DNA of 42,037 nt from a virus. Its lineage: Duplodnaviria > Caudoviricetes. The stretch covers positions 1-42,037 of IMG/VR virus record IMGVR_UViG_3300037467_000887. One strand, 5' to 3'. The translations under genes and the position numbers were made by a program. The notes beneath the pieces were generated by a model. The model was given only the letters and a program-made list of their open reading frames with translations. It did not search any database and was not told the origin of the DNA. Below are positions 6,765 through 16,143 of this stretch, piece after piece; the stretch's first letter is position 1, and every line of letters starts with the position of its first letter.

Positions 6765-9700
6765 TCAGCGACCGGATTGGCGCTGCATCCGGTCCTTCAT
6801 GTCTTCTGAGGCGTGGCGATTGAACTCGCGCAGCGCCTGGCGCGACGGTCCTTCGCGCGGCGTTTCCTGGCGCGTGATCAAGCGCCCGATTTCCTTTGGC
6901 GTCATGCCGGTCTGCTCCAGCAGCTGCTCGGCTTCGTCTTCCTTGCCATCCTTGAGCAGCTTCTTCACATCCGGCATCACCAGCGCCACCTTTTTCTCGT
7001 ATTCCTCTTTGGCGGCGGCGGCGATGCCGGCTTCCGGCCCGCTCGGATGGCCTTGGCTGAACGTGAAGCCGACCAATGGACCCCACAGCTTCTTGGCGTC
7101 GACCTCGTTGCTTTTGCCAGTCATCAGGTTCAGGCCGGCGACCAGCTGATCGGTCGGGATCTGCGCCGCCATGATGTGCGTGACGATCCGGCCCAGGTTC
7201 TTGAGCAATGACGCATCCTTGGTCGAATCGAACACCGGCTGGCCGAAACCACGGTCGTTGTTGGCGATGTCGACCAGCGGGCGCACGAACGGTGACAGCT
7301 TGTCGTGCAGCTGCTTCATGGTGCCTTGCGGGAAGCTGATGTAATTCTCGAATTCCTCGCCGACCTTACCCATCGGCGGGCGCACGTACAGCTCTCTCGG
7401 CCCTTCGCCGACGGGACCAACCTTGACCCGGTGTTCCTTGCCCGGCTCGTTGTCGGCCTGCGGCGTGAGTCCTTCGAGCGTGTGGAACGGATGGCCTAGC
7501 GCCGATACCGGATCGTCGAACAGCTTCTCGACCGTCTTGCCGTAGCGCGCGGCATACTCGGCCTTGATCTGTTCCCAATCCTTGTCGCCGTTGCGGGTTT
7601 CCAGGTAGCTCTGCAGCGCGCTGTTGACGGCGTACATCAGCGCGATGTCGGTCACGAACGCGCCGATCGCCTTCCTTCGCGCCATGTTTTGCGCGGTCGA
7701 CAGCGCCACTTCGCCGCTGCTCATCTTGATCTGCGCCTGCACGTCCTTGGGCAGGCCCATGAGCATGTCTTTCATCGCGCCCAGGTTGCCGATCGTGAAC
7801 GAGCGCGAGAACAGCACCACGTTCAGGAAGCGGCGCGAAAACTCCGACATCGCTTCGCGCGGCAAGGCGCCGACATAGCGGTTGGCCAAGTGCGCCGCGA
7901 CCCGGCTGGCGTCTTCCAGGCTCAGGCCCTTGTTGAGCGCCGAGTCGCGCATGGTGACGTACAGTCCCATCTGGACGTCGGCCACGCGGTCCCACAGCAG
8001 GGTCTGGTGCCACAGCTCGCCGGCCGCATCGACCGCCTTCTTGACCGCGGTCGCGGCTGGCTCGGAAATGATGGCGACTGGCGCGGCCAAGAGCTTGGCG
8101 GTCAGGCTCCGGCCCGGCACCAGGTTCGGGTCTTGCATGATGCCGGTGATGTCGGTATAGGCGCCGTTTCTCCCCATCGGCACCAGCCCTGCCCCGATCG
8201 CCTCGCGCCGGATCGCCGGGTCCAGCTTGGCGCGGTGGCCGGTGACGTAGGTGTAGACGCCCAGCGTGACCTTGCCCTTGGCATCCATGGCCGGGAATGC
8301 ACGGCCCCAGACCACCATGTTGTGGATCATCGGGCTCATCATGATGACCTGCATCGACTTCGCCTTCAGGTCCATCAGGCCGCGATACCAGGATGGTTGC
8401 TGATCCGACAGCACGGCCTTCAATGGCCCCTCGAACTCCTTGGCGATCTTCATCGGCACCCGGTCCATGACTGGATCGCCGTCTTCCTTCAGGACGATCT
8501 GCCCATCCTGAAAACGGGGCCGCCAGGACGAAAACGCGGGGTGGTCAAGGGTGAAGTACCGGCCACCCGGTTCGGCGGCTCCTGGGGCCACCAGATCGCG
8601 TCCAGTGAGTTCTCCCAGGGCCTTGACCTGGTTGATCAGCTCGCGCCCGGCAATCGCCTTTTCCAGCCGGCTCATGGCCATCGGCATGGTGCGGATGTCG
8701 CGCACCAGGAGCGCGGTCGCGCCGCCCTTGTCCTGCGCCAGCTGGCTGGCGGCAGCCTCGGTTTCGGCGGCGGTCAGGTACTTGCGCTTCTTCAGGCTGC
8801 CCGCCTGGGTCGACAGGTTGCGCGCGTCGGTGCCCCGTTCGCCCTTGCTCGGCAGGCGCGCGACTTCGCCGTGCCCGTCGATCATGACCGCCATGCGTGG
8901 GGTCCAGTACGGCACGCCCTCGCCCTCGAACATGCCGGCCGCCTTGGCACGCTGCATCAGCTCTTCGCCATAATCGTGCAACATCTCGACGGCGGCGCGC
9001 TCTTCGGGGTTCAGGCGCCCCAGGCCGCGGCTCGGAGCGGTGACGCCTTCGCGCCGCAGGTCGTTTTCCTCGTCGGCGGCTTCCCACATCTTTTGCCGCT
9101 GCTCTTCGGTGAAACGCTTGGTGAGCAGCGTATCGAACTGCTGCCACTGGTCCTGCGACTTGCGCATCTCATTGGCGAAGTCCTTCGCGATGACGCGGGC
9201 CTCGTCGGACCCCTCGGCCATCGGCACGATGGCGCGCTTGAGATCGGCGATGGCTTCTCTTGGTCGCTGCAGGAACGAGGCGAGACGCTCGCGCAGGGCT
9301 TCGCGCGAGGTCGAGTAGGCTACTTGGCCGGGGTTTCCGGTTTCTTCTCGGGTGGGGGAGTATTGGGGGCGGTCCCAGCCGTATTTTTCGGCGAAGGCAC
9401 GGTCGACTTCGGCAATTCTGGGCGCGAGCGTATCGTCAACCCACTTTTGTAGATCGGGTCGTCCGGTTTCGCTGATCCTAGATCGATAATCGGCATCGCC
9501 TTTACTCCAGTCGTTGGTGATGGCATCGCCCTCGGAGGCGAATCGCTTGAATTCCTGGTGCTCGCTGATGAAGTCAGGCCCGAGCGATTCCAGGGCTTGC
9601 TTAATTGTAGCGTGGAATACCGGGTTCGGCACATCGGTGAAGTTCAGAATCCGCACGCCAGTGTCGGTAATCGCCGGCGCCCACTCGGTATGCCCGGCTT

Positions 9701-12700
9701 GCTGGCTGATCGCGCCATACAGTTGCTTCATTTCATCAACTGTCGGCGTGCGGCCGAAATTCAGCTCGACGCCATTCTCATTCTTGATCCCAGCCTTGTA
9801 CCTTGGGAAATGCCAATACACGCCTTCCTGGTGCGTCACCAGGCCGCGGATCGCCGCATACGCATTGATCAGCTTGGTCGCGGCTGGCAGCATGCCTTCC
9901 TTCGGCGGCGGCACCGGCAGCCGGCTTTGCGCGCCGGCGGCGACATCGCCCTTCCAGGCGGATGGCCCGAACAGCGTATCGAACATCGGCAAGCCGAGTT
10001 TCTTGGCGATCAGGTCGTTGCCTTCGCCGTCGCGCAACGCGCGGTCGATCGCATTCAGGTACTCGACCTGCTGTTCCAGCGGCGCCTTGTGGATGCCCGG
10101 CAAATGGCCGGTCGTCTCGCCGGGCTTCGCTTCCCACGAGATTTGCGCCAATCGTTCCCTGATGGCATCGCCGAAATCGTATTTCGCCTTGGCGATGCCT
10201 TCCTTGTCGGCTGGCAAGCCAAGGGCCATTTCCAGGATCTTCGATTCGTAGGCTTCGCGGAATTCCGGCTTCGGTTCCCACGAGATGCTTTCCTTGCCTT
10301 TCGATACCGTGACCTTTTTATTCAGCCAGCCATTCTCGATGCCGATCTCGCGCGCCGCATCCTTGATCGACTCGATCCGGCTCTTGATGGCGACCCAGAT
10401 CGCGGCCTGGGCCTGCTGCGGCTCCCAGCCCAATTGCTTGGCCAGTCGCTGGGTTTCGCGGTTGGCGAACTCGTAGCGCGCCTCGGAGCCGATCGCGGTG
10501 CTCTTGTAGCCGAAGGCGCGCGCCATCCAGCGGTCGATGGTCGAGCCCTGCTTGTCGTAGCCGTAGCGTTCCGGATCGACGGTACGCATCAGGTTGCGGT
10601 AGAAGTTGCCGGTCTTGATCGCCAGCGCCTCCTTCTCGCCCATCCTGCCGTCGAGCCAGGCCTGCGCCTTGCTGTCGCGGTCGCGCGTGCTGACCTTGAT
10701 GGGTTCGCCGTTGGCATGCTGATACAAGGCCTTGAGCGCGAACGTGGTATTGCTCGCCACATTGGCTTGCGGCGAATAGATCGACAACAGGCCGGCGATC
10801 TTGGACGCCTTCTCGACATCGCCGCCGGCCGCCTGCTTGATCGCGCTGCCGGATTGCTCGTACCAGAAGCGGCCCGGTTCGCCTTCATGCGCGAGCCCTT
10901 CGAGCTGCTTGCGCAGCCGGCCCAGCCCCTGCGGCGTCAATCCGGCCGGGGCGCCGACATAGCCCTTGTCGGTCAGCTGGTGGCCGTCGTCGGTCGTGCG
11001 CTTGGGCGACAGCAGCGGTTCGGTGGGCACTGGGGTGGCGCGCTCGGCCAGCCGCTTCTCCATGAAGCGCGCCTGGGTCGCCGCCGCCTGCTGCCGGATC
11101 TCGTCCAGGTTCGAGAACAGCTGGTCGACCGCGTAGCCCCTTCCCTTCAATCGCTCGGCGGCCAGGCCCACGATATTGCGGAATTTCTGCACCAGCCCCA
11201 CGTCCCGCTGGCCCAGCTCGTTCAGCACCGATTGCCAGAACGGGCGGCTTTCCAGGTGCCGGTTGCCGCGCGCATCGGCCGACAATTCGGTCTTCAGCGC
11301 ATCGAGAGAATTGCCGCTGACCTTCAATCCCTCGTTGAGAATCTGCTCGGCAGTCTTGCCAGCCTTGAGCTGCATCTCGCTCCACTGCCGCGGAATCCAG
11401 TTCAGGTAGTTCGCGTACGACAGGTACTTGCCGGCATCCATGGTTTTCTCGACCGCTTGCGCGAACGGGGCGTGCAGGTCTGGCGCGGCTTGCCGGATGA
11501 TATGGTCGAATTCATGCCCTTCCACGGCATGCACGGCTTGCTGGCGGTTGGTGGCGTCGAGGTAGATGGTGTTGCCGCGGGCGGCGCCCTGGAAGCCCAA
11601 GTCTCCCTCTTTCCCCGGTTCGTAGAACACCGCGCGCACGCCGGACAGCGACAGCCGGTCGGCCATCGCCTGCGCCTCGCCGCGCGAGATCGACGGCCCG
11701 CTATTCGATGGCACGTCCGGCAAGTCTTCCGGGCTCAGGATCTTGGCGCCGGCAAAGCCTTTACGCACCGACTCGGCTCCGGCGCGCAGGCCGGACGCCG
11801 ATTGCATGAAGTCGTTGGCGCGGTCGAGCGCGACTTTGCCGGCTTCCGTGTCTCCCTTGTTGGCCGCCTCGAAGGCCAGGTCGTTGTGTTGCTGCACCAG
11901 TTGGTCGTGCTGGTTCGCCAGGTCGTCGAGCTGGCGGGCGCGGTACTCGGCGATCTCGCCCAACCCGGCCTGGTCGGCTTCCAGCTGCTGCGCCTTCTCC
12001 TGTTCGGCTTGCTGCCGCACCTGGTCCATTTCCTCGGAAAAGGTGGGTTTTGCCGCCTCGACAGCCTGCTGCTGCTTGAGGTCGCGGATCTTGAGCATCT
12101 CGGCGCGGATATCTTCCGGGCCATTGACGACTGCACCAACCGGCGCGATATCCTTGGCTTGCGCAATCGCAGTGTCGACGTCGGGCGCCGACATGACCTT
12201 GTCGATCGATTGCTCGGGCGTCAGGACAGGGCGCTGCGGCGGCTCCGGCTGCACTGCCTCGGTCGGCGGGACTTCCCTTGCCGGTTGCGGGGCAGCGGGC
12301 GACTCTTCCAGTCGCGGCACGTCGCGTGGCCGCTCGCCCTTCATTGCCCCGCCGGCAGCCATGGTGCCGAGCACGCCCAGTTCGACGCCGGCCGCGATCT
12401 GCCGCTGGGTTTCCGGGGAGGCGCCGGCCGCCTTCGCAATCTCGGCATACCCTTGCGCGCCCTGCTCGATCGCCTTGTTCATCACGTCGATCGGCAGCAT
12501 CGCTTCCTTGTACGTCGGGTTGTCAACTGACAACTCGATGCCGTGCTGCTTCAGGAAGTCGGACGGCGTCATGAAATCAGCGGCCTTTTCCGTCACCTCC
12601 TGCATGGTCTGCTTGCCGGCCTTCAACCCCTGTTCGAGGTCGCCGGTCGCGCCAGCCACTGCCGCGCCTTGTCCCACGCCAGCCAGGAAGCCGGGAACAC

Positions 12701-13175
12701 CAGCCGCATAATCGATCGCCGCCTTGCCCAATCCAGCGGCCACGTCTTGCGGCGTCTGCTGGTCGAGTTCAAGCTGGTGCTGGCGAATCTCCTGGGCACG
12801 CTTGGCACGTTCCTCGGGCGTGCCGCCGCCAAAGCCAGGCAGGTTCTGGATCTTGGCAGCGATGACGCTCGGGTACAGGTTGCTCGACAGCGACGGCTCC
12901 TGGTCCTGCGGCTCCGGGTTGGCGATCGGCGGCGCCGACTCGACCGGGTTGGCACCCTGCTGCTGACCGGTGACGTCGATGCCGGACATCGGGTCGACCG
13001 CCACCGTGTTGCCGGTTTCCTCGCTCGGCGTGTCCTGGCGCACCAATCCCACCTTCGCCATGAACTGCGCCTCCGGGACGTCGCTGTAGAACTTCTTGTA
13101 CAGCGCCTGGGCCAGCTCCTGGTCCGGGATATCAGCGTAGTCCGGGTAGGCTTGCTTGAATTCCGCGATGTTCAT
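6765..13175 (-). CDS. Giant internal virion/DNA-ejection protein of the large polyvalent type (2136 aa)
   Basis: Last gene of the ejection cluster. N-terminal YPDY.D.PD.EL..ALY.KFYSD motif, HEFDH zincin motif, WY...SPQ...K..NFY...TIDRWM...QAAIW domain, helical C-terminal half. Confidence 0.85.
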   Translation of the reverse strand: MNIAEFKQAYPDYADIPDQELAQALYKKFYSDVPEAQFMAKVGLVRQDTPSEETGNTVAVDPMSGIDVTGQQQGANPVESAPPIANPEPQDQEPSLSSNLYPSVIAAKIQNLPGFGGGTPEERAKRAQEIRQHQLELDQQTPQDVAAGLGKAAIDYAAGVPGFLAGVGQGAAVAGATGDLEQGLKAGKQTMQEVTEKAADFMTPSDFLKQHGIELSVDNPTYKEAMLPIDVMNKAIEQGAQGYAEIAKAAGASPETQRQIAAGVELGVLGTMAAGGAMKGERPRDVPRLEESPAAPQPAREVPPTEAVQPEPPQRPVLTPEQSIDKVMSAPDVDTAIAQAKDIAPVGAVVNGPEDIRAEMLKIRDLKQQQAVEAAKPTFSEEMDQVRQQAEQEKAQQLEADQAGLGEIAEYRARQLDDLANQHDQLVQQHNDLAFEAANKGDTEAGKVALDRANDFMQSASGLRAGAESVRKGFAGAKILSPEDLPDVPSNSGPSISRGEAQAMADRLSLSGVRAVFYEPGKEGDLGFQGAARGNTIYLDATNRQQAVHAVEGHEFDHIIRQAAPDLHAPFAQAVEKTMDAGKYLSYANYLNWIPRQWSEMQLKAGKTAEQILNEGLKVSGNSLDALKTELSADARGNRHLESRPFWQSVLNELGQRDVGLVQKFRNIVGLAAERLKGRGYAVDQLFSNLDEIRQQAAATQARFMEKRLAERATPVPTEPLLSPKRTTDDGHQLTDKGYVGAPAGLTPQGLGRLRKQLEGLAHEGEPGRFWYEQSGSAIKQAAGGDVEKASKIAGLLSIYSPQANVASNTTFALKALYQHANGEPIKVSTRDRDSKAQAWLDGRMGEKEALAIKTGNFYRNLMRTVDPERYGYDKQGSTIDRWMARAFGYKSTAIGSEARYEFANRETQRLAKQLGWEPQQAQAAIWVAIKSRIESIKDAAREIGIENGWLNKKVTVSKGKESISWEPKPEFREAYESKILEMALGLPADKEGIAKAKYDFGDAIRERLAQISWEAKPGETTGHLPGIHKAPLEQQVEYLNAIDRALRDGEGNDLIAKKLGLPMFDTLFGPSAWKGDVAAGAQSRLPVPPPKEGMLPAATKLINAYAAIRGLVTHQEGVYWHFPRYKAGIKNENGVELNFGRTPTVDEMKQLYGAISQQAGHTEWAPAITDTGVRILNFTDVPNPVFHATIKQALESLGPDFISEHQEFKRFASEGDAITNDWSKGDADYRSRISETGRPDLQKWVDDTLAPRIAEVDRAFAEKYGWDRPQYSPTREETGNPGQVAYSTSREALRERLASFLQRPREAIADLKRAIVPMAEGSDEARVIAKDFANEMRKSQDQWQQFDTLLTKRFTEEQRQKMWEAADEENDLRREGVTAPSRGLGRLNPEERAAVEMLHDYGEELMQRAKAAGMFEGEGVPYWTPRMAVMIDGHGEVARLPSKGERGTDARNLSTQAGSLKKRKYLTAAETEAAASQLAQDKGGATALLVRDIRTMPMAMSRLEKAIAGRELINQVKALGELTGRDLVAPGAAEPGGRYFTLDHPAFSSWRPRFQDGQIVLKEDGDPVMDRVPMKIAKEFEGPLKAVLSDQQPSWYRGLMDLKAKSMQVIMMSPMIHNMVVWGRAFPAMDAKGKVTLGVYTYVTGHRAKLDPAIRREAIGAGLVPMGRNGAYTDITGIMQDPNLVPGRSLTAKLLAAPVAIISEPAATAVKKAVDAAGELWHQTLLWDRVADVQMGLYVTMRDSALNKGLSLEDASRVAAHLANRYVGALPREAMSEFSRRFLNVVLFSRSFTIGNLGAMKDMLMGLPKDVQAQIKMSSGEVALSTAQNMARRKAIGAFVTDIALMYAVNSALQSYLETRNGDKDWEQIKAEYAARYGKTVEKLFDDPVSALGHPFHTLEGLTPQADNEPGKEHRVKVGPVGEGPRELYVRPPMGKVGEEFENYISFPQGTMKQLHDKLSPFVRPLVDIANNDRGFGQPVFDSTKDASLLKNLGRIVTHIMAAQIPTDQLVAGLNLMTGKSNEVDAKKLWGPLVGFTFSQGHPSGPEAGIAAAAKEEYEKKVALVMPDVKKLLKDGKEDEAEQLLEQTGMTPKEIGRLITRQETPREGPSRQALREFNRHASEDMKDRMQRQSGR
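9320..9496 (-). CDS. Candidate overprinted small protein (58 aa) inside the giant ejection gene
   Basis: GGAG 8 nt before ATG; MPIIDLGSAKPDDPIYKSGLTIRS... in an alternative frame on the same strand. Confidence 0.4.
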   Translation of the reverse strand: MPIIDLGSAKPDDPIYKSGLTIRSRPELPKSTVPSPKNTAGTAPNTPPPEKKPETPAK

Positions 13176-14140
13176 CAGTTGAATAGTCCGAGCGGGTCTT
13201 TGCGTTTCTTGTCAGCCGGGGCCACCGGGTTCGCGGGGGAAGCCATGGGCGCGTCGGCCGGCTTGTTCTGCAGTTTGTTGCGGGCATCGTCGAGCATGCT
13301 GCCGGCCTTGGCCCAGGCGTCGTCCGGCTTGATCCGGCCGCTGCTGCCGTTGGTCAGCACGTTGGCCAGCTGGATCTGCTGCTGCACCGGGTCTTTGCTG
13401 TTTTCCTTCGAGTGCAGCTTGCTCCAGGCTTCGTTCGGATCTTTGGCGATGCCGTTTTCGACCATGAACTTCATGGTGGCGACGTCGGCCGGTGTCTTGT
13501 CCTTGGCCTCGCCACGCGCCGCGATCTGCATCTGCTTGATTGCCAGGTTCATCTGCATCGCGTTTTTCGCCTGCTCCAGCTTGTCCTGCGCGATCTGCGT
13601 CATCGCCTCGACCTTGTCGCGATAGGCGTCGGTCTTGATGTTCTGGATCATCAGCTTCAGCTCGTTGTTCTGGTCGTTCTTGTAGAGCGCCGCCGCTTCC
13701 TTCGGGCTGATGTCGCCGGTGGCGATGCCAGCCTTGACGTAGGCATCCATCTTGTCCTTGTCGGACGGCTGCAGCGCCGCGCGGACCTCGTCCGGGATCT
13801 CGTCAACGCTCTGGACCGGCGAGTCTTGCCCAGTGTCGGGGTCGGTGTAGGTGGTGTTCGCGTTCGCCTTGTCGACCATCGCCTGGTTCAGGATGCCCTG
13901 CTGCGCATCGCCGATGCGCTTGACCTGGCTGGTGCGCTCCTGGTCCGCCAGCTGCTGCCGGTAGTCGAGCAGGTTCTTTTGCGACTGCTGCTCGATCGCC
14001 GCCTTCATTTGCGTCAGCTGCTGCTGGCGCTGGAACTGGCGCTCCTCTTCCTGTTTGGCGAACTCGTCCTTCATGCCCATCTGGCCGATGTTGGCCAGGG
14101 CTTCGCCCGCGCCGCCCAGTGCTCCCAGTAAGATGCCCAT
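13175..14140 (-). CDS. Internal virion/ejection protein
   Basis: Hydrophobic Gly-rich N-terminus (MGILLGALGGAG) followed by Q/E-rich coiled coil; lies in the ejection cluster. Confidence 0.7.
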   Translation of the reverse strand: MGILLGALGGAGEALANIGQMGMKDEFAKQEEERQFQRQQQLTQMKAAIEQQSQKNLLDYRQQLADQERTSQVKRIGDAQQGILNQAMVDKANANTTYTDPDTGQDSPVQSVDEIPDEVRAALQPSDKDKMDAYVKAGIATGDISPKEAAALYKNDQNNELKLMIQNIKTDAYRDKVEAMTQIAQDKLEQAKNAMQMNLAIKQMQIAARGEAKDKTPADVATMKFMVENGIAKDPNEAWSKLHSKENSKDPVQQQIQLANVLTNGSSGRIKPDDAWAKAGSMLDDARNKLQNKPADAPMASPANPVAPADKKRKDPLGLFN

Positions 14141-14141
14141 C

Positions 14142-14750
14142 TTATGCTCCCTGACGTGCCCGTTGGATGATCCCGCCCGACGCGGCCGGCGCCTGGGCCG
14201 GCTTCAGGCCAGGCGCTCCCTGCGGCATGCCCTGCTGCGGCATGCCACCCTGCTGCCGCATGCCTTGCGCCTGTACCGCCATCGCCTGCATCTTGTCCGG
14301 CGTGACGCCCAACATCTGCAGCAGCGTCGACGCATATTCCTGCGTGGCCATGGCCACCGTCTGGTTGTTGATCTGGATCTGGCCGGCTTGCGCCATGAAG
14401 AACAAGCCTTCGCACAGCAGGATCTGGCCGGCGGCCACCAGCACCGGCATCGGCACCCTGCCGCGGCTCTGGTTCAGCAGCAGCACCACCAGCTTGGCGG
14501 CGCCTTCGCCGGCATTGGCAGACGGGTCGCCCGGCTTGGTCAATTGCTTGACCATCAGCTGGTGCGACTGCGGGCTGTGCATGATCAAGAGGCCGGCGGT
14601 GACGGCGCGGTCGAGTTCGCCGCGCATTTTCGGCGGCACGCGCTCGGCGATCTTGGCCTCGATGGTCTGCAGCAGGCCCTGCGCCTGCGTGCCCTGCTGT
14701 CCCTGGCTGGGGGCCGCTTGGGGAGAGTTTTGCGGAGTTTGGGGCGTCAT
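14142..14750 (-). CDS. Hypothetical virion-associated protein (Q/M-rich)
   Basis: AGGAG RBS; tight packing between ejection genes. Confidence 0.7.
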   Translation of the reverse strand: MTPQTPQNSPQAAPSQGQQGTQAQGLLQTIEAKIAERVPPKMRGELDRAVTAGLLIMHSPQSHQLMVKQLTKPGDPSANAGEGAAKLVVLLLNQSRGRVPMPVLVAAGQILLCEGLFFMAQAGQIQINNQTVAMATQEYASTLLQMLGVTPDKMQAMAVQAQGMRQQGGMPQQGMPQGAPGLKPAQAPAASGGIIQRARQGA

Positions 14751-15679
14751 GCGAATCTCCTGGCGATGATGCCGCGGGCAATGCCGGGCGCGGCTTGGCT
14801 GCGGTTGTACTGTTCCTGCTGGGCCAGCGCCAATTTCTGGCGCTGCAGGTCATACTGGCGATCGAGCTCGGCCTGCTTTTGCGCATTGCTCATCATGCTG
14901 CCGGCGACTTGCAGGCCGGCGTAGGTCAGCATCTTGTTCTTCTCCAGGAAATCGCCGACCTTGCCCAGCCCGTCGAAGAACGAGTTCGACGACATCATCG
15001 ACTGGTTGCCCATCATCATGTTGCGCACCTGTTGCGTGCCGACGCCCATATCCATGGCACCGGTGTCCGATGCTGCCTGCGCGGCTGGCATCGGCGATGC
15101 CGCTTGCGTCATCTGCTGCATGGCGGGCGCCGCATTGGCTGCCGCCCCGGGTAGCGTATTCACCATCTGCGTGGTCGGCGCATTCAGGCTCGAGTTGATC
15201 AGGCCGGTGCCCGCCGAGCCTTCCATGTCCATCGCGCCGGTCGGCAATTCCTGTGCCACCTGGGATGCCATGTTCGGCACCGATTGCGTGATGGCGCCAC
15301 CCATCGCCGCATTCCCGGTGGCTTCTCCCATGGCGGCGCCCATATCGACCGTGCTGCCGGCGAATTCGCCGCCGGCCGGAATCAATCCCGCCGCCGTGTC
15401 CGCCGCCGAAGCGGAAGCCAGGTCTGCCGCCGCCGGAGCCGCGCTCTCGGCCAGGCTGCCGGCTGTTGCCGCGCCTTCGGCTCCTTCGGCAGCCCCGGCC
15501 AGCATGCCGCCGACGCCGCCCACCAAGCCCATCGCGGCGCCCGCCTTGGTCAGGTTGTCGTTGCCGGTGACGGCGCCTACCACGGCGGTGGCGGCGCCCA
15601 CGGCAGCGACCGCGCCAGCGATTTCCGGCGCGGCGATGGCGGCGCTGCCGATCAATGCGCCAATTGCAGTAACTCCCAT
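14747..15679 (-). CDS. Internal virion/DNA-transfer protein with membrane-active N-terminus
   Basis: Ala/Gly-rich hydrophobic N-terminal helices; low-complexity body; GGGG RBS-like element. Confidence 0.7.
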   Translation of the reverse strand: MGVTAIGALIGSAAIAAPEIAGAVAAVGAATAVVGAVTGNDNLTKAGAAMGLVGGVGGMLAGAAEGAEGAATAGSLAESAAPAAADLASASAADTAAGLIPAGGEFAGSTVDMGAAMGEATGNAAMGGAITQSVPNMASQVAQELPTGAMDMEGSAGTGLINSSLNAPTTQMVNTLPGAAANAAPAMQQMTQAASPMPAAQAASDTGAMDMGVGTQQVRNMMMGNQSMMSSNSFFDGLGKVGDFLEKNKMLTYAGLQVAGSMMSNAQKQAELDRQYDLQRQKLALAQQEQYNRSQAAPGIARGIIARRFA

Positions 15680-15688
15680 GTCATTCCC

Positions 15689-16141
15689 CTATAGAATCTT
15701 GCCGACGATCTTCTCTTCGTCGAGATAGCCTTGCCGGTGCAGAATCGCCGACCAGTCATGCGCAAACTTGATGTGCCAGGTCAGCTTGACGACGCCCCTG
15801 GCTTTCAGCTGCTGCTCGCAGTAGCGGATCAGGCGCAAGCCCAACCCGCCCCTGCGATAATCCGGGTGCAGGAACAGCAGGTCATTGGCCGCCACCAGCG
15901 TGGACGCATAGTGCGGATGGTCATGCACGAAGAACACGCCATAGCCGACCAGATTGCCGTCGTCGCGCGCGGTATAGATCGCCAGCTCGCCCCGCTCGTC
16001 GAGGCACGCATAGCGGTTCCAGTCCGGGTCCAGCGGGATCGCTTCCTTGTGCAGCGCGATCTCGTCGTAGTGCAGCTGCAGCAGCGGCTCGATGTCGTCG
16101 GCCACGGCCCACAGCCGCTCGGTATGAAAGGTCAGCGCCAT
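15689..16141 (-). CDS. GNAT-family acetyltransferase
   Basis: LFLHPDYRRGGLGLRLI acetyl-CoA-binding motif A. Confidence 0.85.
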   Translation of the reverse strand: MALTFHTERLWAVADDIEPLLQLHYDEIALHKEAIPLDPDWNRYACLDERGELAIYTARDDGNLVGYGVFFVHDHPHYASTLVAANDLLFLHPDYRRGGLGLRLIRYCEQQLKARGVVKLTWHIKFAHDWSAILHRQGYLDEEKIVGKIL

Positions 16142-16143
16142 GA

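Noticed and set aside
9558-12530. 990-aa + strand ORF (also 7689-9452, 16180-19074, 21490-24030, 23763-26261, 34179-36527)
   Set aside because: Antisense shadows of high-GC - strand genes; no recognisable motifs and biased R/L/V/G/A composition
6765-13175. Tape measure protein or virion RNA polymerase
   Set aside because: No tail tube/sheath genes and no recognisable polymerase motifs; position and motifs fit a podoviral ejection protein
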